Source: Gemmatimonadota bacterium (lineage in GTDB: Bacteria; JBHIER01; G020348925). Taken from it: a stretch of DNA of 64,000 bases. The stretch covers positions 576,469-640,468 of the forward strand of contig CP070758.1 in the NCBI GenBank assembly GCA_020348925.1. Reading direction: 5' to 3'. Made by a program: the position numbers and the translations under genes. Shown piece by piece: positions 31,206-41,236 of this stretch. The notes beneath the pieces were generated by a model. It had not been told where the DNA came from. It did no database searches and saw only the letters and a program-made list of their open reading frames with translations. Each line of letters opens with the position of its first letter. The first letter of the stretch is position 1.

Positions 31206-31952
31206 ATGTCTGGCCATTCGAAATGGAGCTCGATCAAACATAAAAAGGGGAGGATGGATGCCCAGAGGGGTAAGATTTTCACGAAGCTGATCAAGGAGAT
31301 CACTGTGGCTGCCCGCGCAGGGGGAGGCGACCCTGGCGCCAACCCGAGACTGAGAACCGCCGTTCAGTCGGCGAAGGATGCCAACATGCCGGCGGATAAT
31401 ATCGAACGGGCCATTAAGAAAGGAACCGGCGAGCTTCCGGGTGTGAAATACGAGGAGTTCGCGTACGAGGGGTATGGGCCCAACGGAGTCGCAATCCTCG
31501 TGGAAACTCTATCGGACAACAAGAACCGCACGACAGCGGATATCCGCCACATTTTCGGAAAGTACAACGGCCGTCTTGGAGAGGCGGGCTGTGTGGCCTG
31601 GATATTTGAACAGAAGGGCTTGATCCTCGTTGATGAAGAGAAATGCGATGAGGATACGCTCCTCAGCGTCGCCCTTGAAGCCGGAGCCGACGACGTCAAG
31701 CCCGAGGATGGCACTTTTGAAGTCGTGACGACGCCCGCCGATTTTGAGAAAGTCCGTCAGGCCATTGCGGACGGTGGTATCGAGTACCTGCAAGCCGAAA
31801 TGACGAAAATCCCCCAGTCGCTCGTCAGGCTGGACGGCTCCGAGGCCCAGAAGACGTTGCGCTTAGTCGAAGCCCTTGAAGATCACGACGATGTTCAGAA
31901 AGTGCACGCCAACTTCGACATCGACGAAAGCATCATGGAGACGATGGAATAG
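31206..31952 (+). CDS. yebC: YebC/PmpR family protein
   Basis: [31 protein letters not shown]. Confidence 0.95.
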   Translation: MSGHSKWSSIKHKKGRMDAQRGKIFTKLIKEITVAARAGGGDPGANPRLRTAVQSAKDANMPADNIERAIKKGTGELPGVKYEEFAYEGYGPNGVAILVETLSDNKNRTTADIRHIFGKYNGRLGEAGCVAWIFEQKGLILVDEEKCDEDTLLSVALEAGADDVKPEDGTFEVVTTPADFEKVRQAIADGGIEYLQAEMTKIPQSLVRLDGSEAQKTLRLVEALEDHDDVQKVHANFDIDESIMETME

Positions 31953-32029
31953 CATGCATTTTCCTGTCCCGGTAAAACAGGGCGCTCTCATTTCTTTCAT
32001 AATACCTCTTGTCTCAATTATCGGAGCGT

Positions 32030-32542
32030 ATGATGGTCATACTTGGCATTGATCCCGGTATTACTGCAACCGGCTACGGTATCATTAGGCTGCATGAGGG
32101 GGGGCCGACGATGGAGGAGTGCGGGACCATCAAGCCTGAAGCCAAGATGCCTTTCCCGCAACGGCTGAACGAGATTTATGGCGGCGTTTCCAAAATCATC
32201 GCCGCGCACAAACCGAATCGTATCGCCATTGAAGACGTCTTTTACGGAAAGAACATCCGCTCCACATTGGCCATAGGCCAAGCCAGAGGTGTGGCCATCT
32301 TAGCCTCGGTGAGGGCCGGAATTGAAATCTCCGAATATTCCCCCCGGGAGATCAAGAGATCCGTGGTGGGCTCAGGAGCGGCCTCCAAGGAACAGGTCCA
32401 ATTCATGGTGAAGGAGCTCTTAGGGTTGGAGAATCCACCATCTCCGGCTGACGCGGCCGACGCCCTGGCCGTGGCATTGTGTCACGCCAACAGGGTGAGT
32501 ATGGACGAGCTCAAAGAGAAGCTCGAGAGAGGAGGTTGTTGA
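32030..32542 (+). CDS. ruvC: Holliday junction resolvase RuvC
   Basis: ILGIDPG, AIEDVF, QARG, ASKEQV, DAADALAVA. Confidence 0.95.
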   Translation: MMVILGIDPGITATGYGIIRLHEGGPTMEECGTIKPEAKMPFPQRLNEIYGGVSKIIAAHKPNRIAIEDVFYGKNIRSTLAIGQARGVAILASVRAGIEISEYSPREIKRSVVGSGAASKEQVQFMVKELLGLENPPSPADAADALAVALCHANRVSMDELKEKLERGGC

Positions 32543-32710
32543 AAAAAGCCTGAAATGATACATCGTTTCAGCTCGATCCAATGAATCGATTCCGTTCAAG
32601 AAAGTCAAGACATGGGATGCAGCGATCCATCGCTGTTCCGGTGGCGGATATATTCCGTCACGTCAATAGGAATTACACAAGATTTTTTCACTTCAGAGAC
32701 GAATCCGGCA

Positions 32711-33307
32711 ATGATCTCAACGCTCCAAGGTAGACTGATCCAGAAAAATCCCACCCACTTGGTCATCGACGTCAACGGTGTCGGCTATGCCGTTCATATT
32801 CCGCTGTCCAGTTATCAACACGTCGGTCCTGTCGGCTCTGAGCTCCGGCTCCTCACCTATCTTCACGTTCGAGAGGATATTCTTCAACTCTATGGATTTG
32901 CGTCGGAGGAGGAGCGAGATCTCTTTCAGATGCTTATTGCCATTTCGGGCATCGGCCCCAAAATGGCTCAATCGATTCTGTCCGGGATCTCCGCACAAGA
33001 TTTCAAACGGGCCATTATCGACTCCAACATTGACCTGCTGGTCACCATCTCCGGGATCGGCCGCAAAACGGCCCAGCGGCTGATGGTAGAATTGAAAGAG
33101 AAATTCGGAGATACCGGAGAGGGCATCTCAACGGCGGCTCCCTCCATTCGGACGGACGCGACACTCGCAGAAGAGGCCATTTTGGCACTGGTCTCTCTGG
33201 GATATAAAAAAACGAAAGCCAAGCTGGCCGTGCAGAACGTGCTCGAAGACAGCTCCGAAACGTTACCTGTGGAGGAGGTCATTAAACGTGCACTCCGTCA
33301 TACGTAA
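32711..33307 (+). CDS. ruvA: Holliday junction branch migration protein RuvA
   Basis: IDVNGVGY, HVRED..LYGF, SGIGPK, GIGRKTAQR, ALVSLGY. Confidence 0.95.
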   Translation: MISTLQGRLIQKNPTHLVIDVNGVGYAVHIPLSSYQHVGPVGSELRLLTYLHVREDILQLYGFASEEERDLFQMLIAISGIGPKMAQSILSGISAQDFKRAIIDSNIDLLVTISGIGRKTAQRLMVELKEKFGDTGEGISTAAPSIRTDATLAEEAILALVSLGYKKTKAKLAVQNVLEDSSETLPVEEVIKRALRHT

Positions 33308-33363
33308 GACGGTCCATGAATTGCATCCTTTTCACCCTTCAAAACGATTGCACAGGTGATCCA

Positions 33364-34428
33364 ATGATGAACAGAACCGCTCCTCTTCCCATTTTTGTCC
33401 TGATCTGCACTTCTCTTGTTTTCGTCTCATGCTGGAAACAGCAGAGTCACGAGTCGCAAGGTCCCGAGTTGCCCAATTATAAGGTCTCCGGACACGTTTT
33501 TCACAGCGTTACGAATGAACCCCTGCCAGAGGCTACCGTCACCATAGACGACCAGGAGTCCCTCACCGACAGCTCCGGCTTCTACTCGATTTCGGATGTT
33601 CTCGGTGGCAACGATTATATCATAATCGTCGCCAAAGATAATTTTGAGACGTACGCCAATCCCTTCCAACTGGGCTACTCCGACCTCGATTTCTTCGATA
33701 TTGCTCTGGGCAAAATCCTCTATTTCACCGATCGCACCCGAGCGCCTTCATATGAGCCGAATTCACTGGTCTGGGCCGGAAATACGCCGTGGTCGTGTGA
33801 TGGATTGCGAAAGCGAATTTATGCGCTCGACGAAACCAACGGACTGTCGTGGATCAAGTATTTCGATTCACCCGGCTCCTTTCCTGACAAAGGTCACTAC
33901 ACGACCCCGTGCGGTTTGACGGCCACCCAAGAAAACGGAACCGACTATCTCTGGATTTCTGTCGAATACGAAGAGTCGCCCCCGCGTATTTACAAGATGG
34001 CCGTCAGGAACGATACCACCCTTTCAACGGAGGGCTGGTACGATACTCCGGAAAGCGCCCTCTTCCCGGGAGAAAAAGTGCTTCTCGACGATCTCACCTA
34101 CGACGGGAATTCCATCTGGTCGTGTTCATCGAGTGAAGGAAAAATTTACAAGCACGGCCCGGATATGTCTGTGGTGGGACAATTTGACTCCCCCGAAGGG
34201 GCCCCCTCAGGCATCACCTGGGACGGCCAACAGCTGTGGTTGTGTGAAAAAGGATCCAACAGGCTTTCCATGCTCAACGTCGAAACACTCGAGCTGCAAG
34301 GATTTTACGTCATTCAGGAAACGCCTGTGATGGGAGTGTGTTACAGAAAAGGCTATATCTGGGTGTGCAAGCACGGCACAGAGATAGACGGCCTCCCTTC
34401 CTGGTTCTACAAATATCGAGTGAAATAA
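33364..34428 (+). CDS. Lipoprotein with carboxypeptidase-regulatory-like domain and beta-propeller
   Basis: Lipobox FVSC; VSGHV...PLPEATVTID...TDSSGFY; repeats PSGITWDGQQLW / LTYDGNSIW. Confidence 0.75.
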   Translation: MMNRTAPLPIFVLICTSLVFVSCWKQQSHESQGPELPNYKVSGHVFHSVTNEPLPEATVTIDDQESLTDSSGFYSISDVLGGNDYIIIVAKDNFETYANPFQLGYSDLDFFDIALGKILYFTDRTRAPSYEPNSLVWAGNTPWSCDGLRKRIYALDETNGLSWIKYFDSPGSFPDKGHYTTPCGLTATQENGTDYLWISVEYEESPPRIYKMAVRNDTTLSTEGWYDTPESALFPGEKVLLDDLTYDGNSIWSCSSSEGKIYKHGPDMSVVGQFDSPEGAPSGITWDGQQLWLCEKGSNRLSMLNVETLELQGFYVIQETPVMGVCYRKGYIWVCKHGTEIDGLPSWFYKYRVK

Positions 34429-34464
34429 ATCCGCTTTGGTTGAAAAACGGAACCATTGCGTGTC

Positions 34465-36276
34465 TTACGGACAGTCTTCCCTTCCGAGGGAAATGTTCAA
34501 AATCTTGATAATATCCAAGACATTGATGTCACCATCGCCCTCGCACTCCTGACCGTCGCAATCGGAGCGCAGCAGCTCGACGGCCGTGGGCACACGTTCT
34601 CCCAGAACAATCTCGACCAGGTATAACGCATCGAGAACATCGATCTGGAGATCGGCGTTAACGTCACATTTGAAGGGGATTTGAGGTGGCTCCTCGAGAC
34701 CGTGAACCGCCACCACTGCGTCCAGATCGAAATCACCGTTCGAGGGACCTTCCCCAACAATATCCCCAGCGTCAGTGATTTTTACGAATCGAACGTAGGG
34801 AAAACCAACATCGGCGAGATCGAAGGAATCACCGCCCGAGACGCTCGGATCGGTGGGATGCTGGTTGTCCTTCGTGGGCGTGACGCCGGCGAATCCTTCA
34901 AAGGTGACCGTGTCGTAAGCGAAGGAGACGAATCGCACACCATCCATGCTCACGGATACGACACCGGCTTCAATGAACGGATCCTCCGTTCCCAAGAGAA
35001 AGAACGGATTTTCGAAGACGGTGAAATCAACCCCGTCGCCATCGACGATCGCGTTGTCGGAGAACTTCAATACAATCTCTCCGCCGTGTCCCAAGGACAA
35101 AATTTCCTGCGGCTTCGCGCTGGAGGAAAAGACCGTAAGGGTGGGATCCGGATCAGGCGGCCCCAAAACATTCTCCGGGAAAAAATTCTCTCCGAAGCGA
35201 CTCCAGTCCTCCCCAGGTGCAAAAGACACCACCTCGTCGGCCCAGGGATCGGTCTCTAAAATTGGTTCAAGAATGGCCATATCCTGAGCCCCATCACCAA
35301 AATTGAACGTCTGCAGCACCGCTCCCCCTCCAGAGTCGATACGCTGGACAGTGTCATCCGCGAAATTGGAGACGTAGAGATCTCCGCTCCTCGCATCCCA
35401 CAAAAGCCTCATAGCCCCTTTGCCCACACGAAGGGGATGCGTAGCATCGTGAAGGATCTCCCCGGTAAATGTATCGTACGAATAGAGAAATCCGTTCCTC
35501 TCATCCCCCCAATCAGTCACATACCCGATACCCTCGGAAGTGATCGCAATATCCCCAGGGAAGCCGCCGAGAAGAACGCTGTCCACCACCATCGGTGTCC
35601 AATCTGCGTCACCGTAAGGATCGATGACGTATACTTTCCCACCGTTTCCTCCCCACATTCCGGAACAAAGCACGTGAACCTTTCCATCCGGCGCCACAGC
35701 CAGTTCCTGGGGATTCATCGCCACGGCCAGCGTTTTCGTCACGGTCTTTGAAAGAACATCGATGACACAAACAGTGGCAGGATCGTAATCCGGCCAACCA
35801 CCCGTGTTGGCCACATAGGCTGTATTGCCCACTATCAAAAGACCCTGCGGCCCCTCGCCCACATCGATTTCTCCTGTGACCGTTCCGGTCTCAAGGTCAA
35901 CGACGGCTATCGTGTTGGCCACATAAAGGCTCACGTACGCCTGTCCGGCAGCGCTAAAGACGATATCCCATGGATTGCTGCCCTCCGGCAGTGGAATCCT
36001 CTTCGCGACCGATTCAGTACGTCCGTCAATCACCATCACTTCAGGTGGTATAGAATTGACAACGTATATCTTATCGTTGCGGATCCGAATCCTACTCGGG
36101 ATATCACCGACGACGAACATGTCATTGACGATGTCTCCGCTTTCCACATTCATCTTTGACAGGGTGCGTGCCAGCGCATTCATGACATACATGGTGCGGG
36201 GGATATCCTGTCCGCTCGGACTGGATACGGCACAAAGAAGGCCGACAAGCGCAATAAAAAGTGCGGTCTTTTTCAT
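34465..36276 (-). CDS. Secreted YncE/BtuG-like beta-propeller fused to a cell-surface (BtuH-like) domain and a C-terminal dockerin
   Basis: Signal peptide; NPWDI...AYVSLY...IAVVD...IDVGEGPQG blades; SLGHGGEIVLKF...DFTVFENPF...GGDSFDL; CDVNADLQIDVLD...GDGDINVLD. Confidence 0.8.
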   Translation of the reverse strand: MKKTALFIALVGLLCAVSSPSGQDIPRTMYVMNALARTLSKMNVESGDIVNDMFVVGDIPSRIRIRNDKIYVVNSIPPEVMVIDGRTESVAKRIPLPEGSNPWDIVFSAAGQAYVSLYVANTIAVVDLETGTVTGEIDVGEGPQGLLIVGNTAYVANTGGWPDYDPATVCVIDVLSKTVTKTLAVAMNPQELAVAPDGKVHVLCSGMWGGNGGKVYVIDPYGDADWTPMVVDSVLLGGFPGDIAITSEGIGYVTDWGDERNGFLYSYDTFTGEILHDATHPLRVGKGAMRLLWDARSGDLYVSNFADDTVQRIDSGGGAVLQTFNFGDGAQDMAILEPILETDPWADEVVSFAPGEDWSRFGENFFPENVLGPPDPDPTLTVFSSSAKPQEILSLGHGGEIVLKFSDNAIVDGDGVDFTVFENPFFLLGTEDPFIEAGVVSVSMDGVRFVSFAYDTVTFEGFAGVTPTKDNQHPTDPSVSGGDSFDLADVGFPYVRFVKITDAGDIVGEGPSNGDFDLDAVVAVHGLEEPPQIPFKCDVNADLQIDVLDALYLVEIVLGERVPTAVELLRSDCDGQECEGDGDINVLDIIKILNISLGREDCP

Positions 36277-36422
36277 CAAAAACTCCTTTCGTCTCAAGTC
36301 CGAATTCAAGGAGACATGTTTGTTGAAGGTACGGCGCATCCTGATTCCCGGTTTCCCGTGGACGACGGACTTGCCAGGATGTTCTCATCTCCCCTCATAC
36401 GCACAGTGGCGTTCACGCCCTA

Positions 36423-38657
36423 TCAGAAACGCGCCTCCATACTCCCCCGCCAATGCCTGCCGGGCAGGGGCGCACGCTCGATCATCTCGTATTCTTCATC
36501 CCAGAGATTCAGAACAGAAACCTTGAACCGTATATCACCTCCCATCACTCCTGTGGAAAACAGCGCACTGATGTCATCCGCAACATACGGCTCCATGCGA
36601 ACGGTATTGGCTTCCGTCACGAACCGCTCACCGATCATTCGCCTTCTATAATCGATTGAAAAGGCCCCGACATCGAGCCCGACGCCAATTTTCGTTGTGC
36701 GTTCCGCTTGATAGGGGAGCACCCTGTCGTGCGTGGTCCGCTCGCCACTCTTGTTGAGCGGTTCAAGAACGACATGACTCAGGGACATGTTCAATCTGTC
36801 CTTCCAGGGGTGCCAGTTTCCGCAAAATTCCCAGCCGGATATGAGGGCATCCGTATTGAATGGCGAAAAAGTGGCGAAGGAGCCCATGCGCCAGACGATG
36901 AGATCGTCGATATCGCGGCGAAAGTAGCCGCCCTCCAACTCAAACCAGCCGTAAACCGGAACACCCAACCGAACACCGACATCAATATTGACGCTGGACT
37001 CAGCCTTCACGTCGGGATTCCCCCGAACACGGAAATCCTGATAGAAGAGATCGGCCAATGTCGGTGCCCGAAAGGACTGCCCCCAATTGGCTTCGAGAGC
37101 CAGGGCATATCCCTGATTTCTGGAGATATGAAGCCCGAGATGGGGGCTGAATTCCTCCTCCGTGCGCGCTGTCCCTCCGTTCTTGAAATCAATCGCATCA
37201 TAGCGGAGCGACGACGACAGGCTCCCTCGGGTCCCGGAGAGAGGCAGCCCGAATCGAGCTTCGGAATGCAGGCCGAAACCTCGGCTGTTATTCAGCGCCC
37301 GACCAACACCGCTCGTTCCTGGCCCCAAAAGATCTCTATCCTCCAGCTCATCACGCCGAAGAGTGGCATTGCATCCGAATTTCAAAACCTTTGATGGATT
37401 CCAATCGAACCGAATTCCACCCTGATGAGAAGTGAGCGCATACAGATTCTGGTACGGCGGTTGGCTTCGATCCTCAAGGGGCGCATCGATCGGTGGAAGA
37501 TGGCGATATTCCGTATCATTCTCGTGGCGAGAGAGATGTCCCCTCCAGTGCCACGTGCGCCCTTCGAATCGGTGGTCGAGGATGAAGATCCGCCGATCGG
37601 TTTCGGCCCGGGCGTGTGGCGTCAAAGCAAAGATCAAGCCCGGAAGTCCTCGCTCTGAGTCATACAGGTTCGCTTTGAACGTCACCTCATGTCCGCCCCT
37701 CTGGAAGGCGACGGTACCGAACAAATTGTGGTCGCTGAAATCAGCATTCCGCCTCCTGGTTTGAACGATCTCGCTATCGCCCTTCACGGTTTCGAAGACA
37801 TACCTTCCCCCGTCCTTCATGTGGTCGTATTGCCCGAAAAAGGAGAACTCCTTCCACCTGCCTGAGCAACCGGGATTGATTCCCCAGGCCTGAAAATTCC
37901 CGCATGTCAGTTTACAACGTACATCATTTAGGGAATTGCTCCTCGTCACAATATCGATGACACCACCCAGAGCCCCACTGCCGTAAAGGTGAGAGCCACC
38001 GCTCTTCGTAATTCTGACCTCTTTCACCATAGACAGGGGTATGAGGGACAGATCGACATCCCCGGTCAGCGGGTCGCTCAAGGAGACACCATCCACGACA
38101 ACGATCACGTGATTGGAGCGACTGCCTCGAATCGAGATGCGTTTTCGGCCCGATCCTCCCCCCTCATCGATGATGTCAACGCCGGATACATGCTCCAGAA
38201 GCTCACCCACTGTACGGGCATTGCTCTTCTCAATCTCTTCGAACGTCAGGCGTTTTACGAAGTTCGAAGTCTCGAGCTGAGATCCAACTCCCTCTGCGAC
38301 AATCTCATCGACAGGGAGAAAAATCCTGCGCAGCTCGAAATTGACTGCAGCTATTGTCTCACGACGTACGACGACAGTCTTCGTATGCTGCGTCTCATAT
38401 CCGACAAACCGTGCCCGCAGGGAGTATTCTCCGGCAAAAAGATTCTCGATGCTGTAAAATCCCCTCTCATCCGTAAAAGCCCCATAGCCGGTGCCCTCGA
38501 CGAGGATGGTGGCGCCCACGAGGGGCACTTTCGTCTCCGCATCAACGACACGGCCAACAATCTTAATTGTTGACTGGGCATCCAGTGTGCTCAGTGTCAG
38601 GCACACCAAAGCCACCGACATGAAGAGCTGGCACAAGATTCCCACCGGTCTCAACAT
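36423..38657 (-). CDS. btuB: TonB-dependent receptor, probable cobalamin transporter
   Basis: CarboxypepD-like N-domain; plug ISIRGS...VVDGV...LYGSGALGGVI; C-terminal F; downstream of a cobalamin riboswitch. Confidence 0.85.
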   Translation of the reverse strand: MLRPVGILCQLFMSVALVCLTLSTLDAQSTIKIVGRVVDAETKVPLVGATILVEGTGYGAFTDERGFYSIENLFAGEYSLRARFVGYETQHTKTVVVRRETIAAVNFELRRIFLPVDEIVAEGVGSQLETSNFVKRLTFEEIEKSNARTVGELLEHVSGVDIIDEGGGSGRKRISIRGSRSNHVIVVVDGVSLSDPLTGDVDLSLIPLSMVKEVRITKSGGSHLYGSGALGGVIDIVTRSNSLNDVRCKLTCGNFQAWGINPGCSGRWKEFSFFGQYDHMKDGGRYVFETVKGDSEIVQTRRRNADFSDHNLFGTVAFQRGGHEVTFKANLYDSERGLPGLIFALTPHARAETDRRIFILDHRFEGRTWHWRGHLSRHENDTEYRHLPPIDAPLEDRSQPPYQNLYALTSHQGGIRFDWNPSKVLKFGCNATLRRDELEDRDLLGPGTSGVGRALNNSRGFGLHSEARFGLPLSGTRGSLSSSLRYDAIDFKNGGTARTEEEFSPHLGLHISRNQGYALALEANWGQSFRAPTLADLFYQDFRVRGNPDVKAESSVNIDVGVRLGVPVYGWFELEGGYFRRDIDDLIVWRMGSFATFSPFNTDALISGWEFCGNWHPWKDRLNMSLSHVVLEPLNKSGERTTHDRVLPYQAERTTKIGVGLDVGAFSIDYRRRMIGERFVTEANTVRMEPYVADDISALFSTGVMGGDIRFKVSVLNLWDEEYEMIERAPLPGRHWRGSMEARF

Positions 38658-38690
38658 TATGTTATCCGATTTCGTCAATCTCTGAATCGC

Positions 38691-39233
38691 TCAAGATTCT
38701 GTCTTTTCCCCTTCGATCTTCATCACTCTCACCAAGGCCGGAACGAGTGTCCCAAACAGAGCCGTATTCGTAACCAAATGGATGGACGAAAAGACGACGC
38801 CGGCAGCGACGATTTTCAACCATTGAGACATGAAACCGGCGCTCAGAGCGAATCCGACATTCGTTCCCACATCATACAGGAGCGTGAGGATCAAGCCCGT
38901 CCCCGCAAGGCCCGCTATGTTCAGAGGACAAAAGGTGCTTTTTCGTACCCATCTTCTCCATATTCCGCCGGCGAAACCTGCCACTCCCATGAAAAGGACC
39001 TGCGCCATCAGAACGGGTATGAAGGGAACCCCCAACGGATTGAAGAACGAAAACAAAAACATGGATACCGCACCGACCAAAGTGCCACGCGCACTCCCGA
39101 GGAACAGACCCGACAGAAACGTAAGGGACGTGATCAACTCAAAATTGGGAACATGAAGGAGTGCGAAACCGGCGGCGACAGTCAGGGCAATGCATATCCC
39201 CAAGAGCGTAATATCTTTTGTGGAACATTTCAT
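38691..39233 (-). CDS. ECF transporter S-component, probably cobalamin-specific
   Basis: Small hydrophobic protein with several predicted TM helices; VPNFELITSLTFLSGLFLG...G.LVG; first gene after the riboswitch. Confidence 0.75.
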   Translation of the reverse strand: MKCSTKDITLLGICIALTVAAGFALLHVPNFELITSLTFLSGLFLGSARGTLVGAVSMFLFSFFNPLGVPFIPVLMAQVLFMGVAGFAGGIWRRWVRKSTFCPLNIAGLAGTGLILTLLYDVGTNVGFALSAGFMSQWLKIVAAGVVFSSIHLVTNTALFGTLVPALVRVMKIEGEKTES

Positions 39234-39481
39234 TCTTTTTCATATCCGCAGCCGGGCGATTTCTCAGACCTATTTACGGACATTGTCATGCCGACGAGGC
39301 CCATTCGACTCGATTTCAAACCTTTGTTTCATTCTGAGCGGAGCCCCGAATCACGTCCGGGAGACAGTCCGCGAACGTGAACAATCGCCTCTGCCAGGCT
39401 TGAGATTCGACGCCCGGCACACCGGACTCAGGATGACATACTGGTCTTTTTTGCCAAGAATTGCCCTGTTCGTGTATATAC

Positions 39482-39510
39482 AAAAAAATCCCACCCTCAA
39501 GGGATGGGAT
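39482..39510 (-). terminator. Riboswitch expression-platform terminator
   Basis: Minus strand ATCCCATCCC-TTGA-GGGTGGGAT-TTTTTT. Confidence 0.85.
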
Positions 39511-39569
39511 CGCATTCCTGTAGATACAAAAATGTCGTCTAACCTCCCCTCGAAGGCCAACGAGTTAAA

Positions 39570-39757
39570 CGACACAGGCAGGTCTCCTGGCTCACGGTAT
39601 CACCTTCTCCCGACCTTCCCATCCTGTGATTCAGGACAGTGGTCCCACGGAGAAGCGGAGGAGCTGTGCTCCCTCAAACCGATTACAGTGGCGGGGCCGC
39701 GACGGAATCTCACCGTCTTCCCTTATTCTCCCCGAAGTATCGGGGCACCCGCGTCGA
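39570..39757 (-). ncRNA. Cobalamin riboswitch
   Basis: Minus strand GGGTGCC...AAGGGAAGACGGTGAGATTCCGTCGCGGCCCCGCCACTGTAA...CCACTG...GGGAAGG...GAGCCAGGAGACCTGCC (B12 box); closing stem CGACGCGGG/CCTGTGTCG. Confidence 0.95.
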
Positions 39758-39847
39758 TTCTCTTCAATTGTGCGCACAAAATAGAATAATACGACAGTAA
39801 AGTCAAGATGTTTTTCGGTCTTTAACGCCTTTTTTACGAAAAATCTC

Positions 39848-39950
39848 TTGATCGCCCAGTACATGTGTGCTGGGCGAAAAAGTATTTCGGGATTTCTATC
39901 CCGTCAAACTCTTACTACATCTCCAGGCCTCACGATTCGATCACCGCTTC
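39848..39950. repeat. Dispersed two-hairpin element, copy B
   Basis: Homologous to 11436-11538. Confidence 0.75.
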
Positions 39951-40045
39951 GGAACACCGACACTTCGTGCCTTCTGAACATCTCGACAACGAAAGAATGC
40001 AATGTCCCCGCACATTCTTAAGACGAAATATGTTCTTAAAATACC

Positions 40046-41236
40046 TCAACACCCCTCTCTTTTATACTGCCTTGTGAGTTGATCCTTCTTCTCAATGAAC
40101 CGAGGCTGCCCGCCAAAATATCTGCTGATCTTCATTCTCTTTTCCTTCTGGTCCTCATTCATTTCTGCCGAACCGGAAATATCGGGAAAGAGTATCGTTT
40201 CCATCCACGCGTTCAATCCACCTTTCAAACAATATATTTCTTCCGTACCGATTTCACCCAGAGCCATTAAAGTCTTTCTCGGAACTGTTCCATACTGGGT
40301 GTATACGATAATAACCTCCTTGTCGACGACGGATCCATCGCGCACGGAACCTTCCGGAGCGTGTTTGGCAAACGGGATATGATACGTTTCAAACTGCATT
40401 TTCGAACGCACGTCCAATATATCGAAATCGTCTTTCTTCTCCATGATCCGATCAGCCAGCTCCTGTACCTCAAGATATCTCAGGGTGACCCCATCAAACC
40501 TTTCCTCCAATACTGTGATGCTTGAGCCACGATTGTCCTTCGATGGATTTCCGACGACTGCACTGAACAAGGCAAGCACAAGGGCACCGAGGGCAAGCAC
40601 TCTTTGAAGGCGAAACTTTCCAGGCGAAATGCCCATGGCGTGACTGTTCTGTACTCGAAGCTTTCTCCGTTCAATGAGTTCGGCTCCGGCGAACCCTCCC
40701 AGCGCCATCATTACAACGCCCAATACGATGAGCCCTTGAGGAATGTGAAGCAACCGGGGAAATGTGACATGCCCCCATGAGGTGAAATACAAGACATCGT
40801 CAAAAAGCGCGAAGAGCTCTCCGAAAGCAAAAATCCCGAAAAATATCCCCAGCAGGGCAACGAGCCCGTCAATCTTCCCCGTGGCCGAAGCCACCAGGCA
40901 CGTCCCCGGACAGAGACCCCCTATCACAAAACCGACGCCGAAAATCAAACCGGCAATGAGCTGAGGAAAAACATACGTGGGATTGACATACACGAGCGAG
41001 TCGTCAACAAGACCCAACCAGGAAAGCCAAAAAAGACCGAGCATCGCCGTGACAATTGCCGTGAACATAACTTTGAAAAACGCAAGATCGGTAAAGTAGA
41101 ACTGGGCCGCCATTTTCTTCGCATTCCCCAGTCCACCTCTTTCCAAGAAAAAGCCGAAGGCAAAGCCAACGGCTAAGGCGACAACCAAACTGGCATCGAA
41201 ATTGAAAAAACCGAATTTATAGAACGGGGCTGTCAT
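40046..41236 (-). CDS. YeeE/YedE sulfur-compound transporter half fused to a rhodanese-like domain
   Basis: Probable start MTAPFYKFG overlaps the upstream stop; FGFFLERGG, GLCPGT; ILDVRS...FETYHIPFA, LKGGLNAW; ends KREGC. Confidence 0.85.
   Translation of the reverse strand: MTAPFYKFGFFNFDASLVVALAVGFAFGFFLERGGLGNAKKMAAQFYFTDLAFFKVMFTAIVTAMLGLFWLSWLGLVDDSLVYVNPTYVFPQLIAGLIFGVGFVIGGLCPGTCLVASATGKIDGLVALLGIFFGIFAFGELFALFDDVLYFTSWGHVTFPRLLHIPQGLIVLGVVMMALGGFAGAELIERRKLRVQNSHAMGISPGKFRLQRVLALGALVLALFSAVVGNPSKDNRGSSITVLEERFDGVTLRYLEVQELADRIMEKKDDFDILDVRSKMQFETYHIPFAKHAPEGSVRDGSVVDKEVIIVYTQYGTVPRKTLMALGEIGTEEIYCLKGGLNAWMETILFPDISGSAEMNEDQKEKRMKISRYFGGQPRFIEKKDQLTRQYKREGC

Noticed and set aside
40037-40060. 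Selenocysteine readthrough at ...GC-TGA-GI-TAA of the YeeE-rhodanese fusion
   Set aside because: No evident SECIS, and EGC is a plausible natural terminus; cannot be supported from sequence
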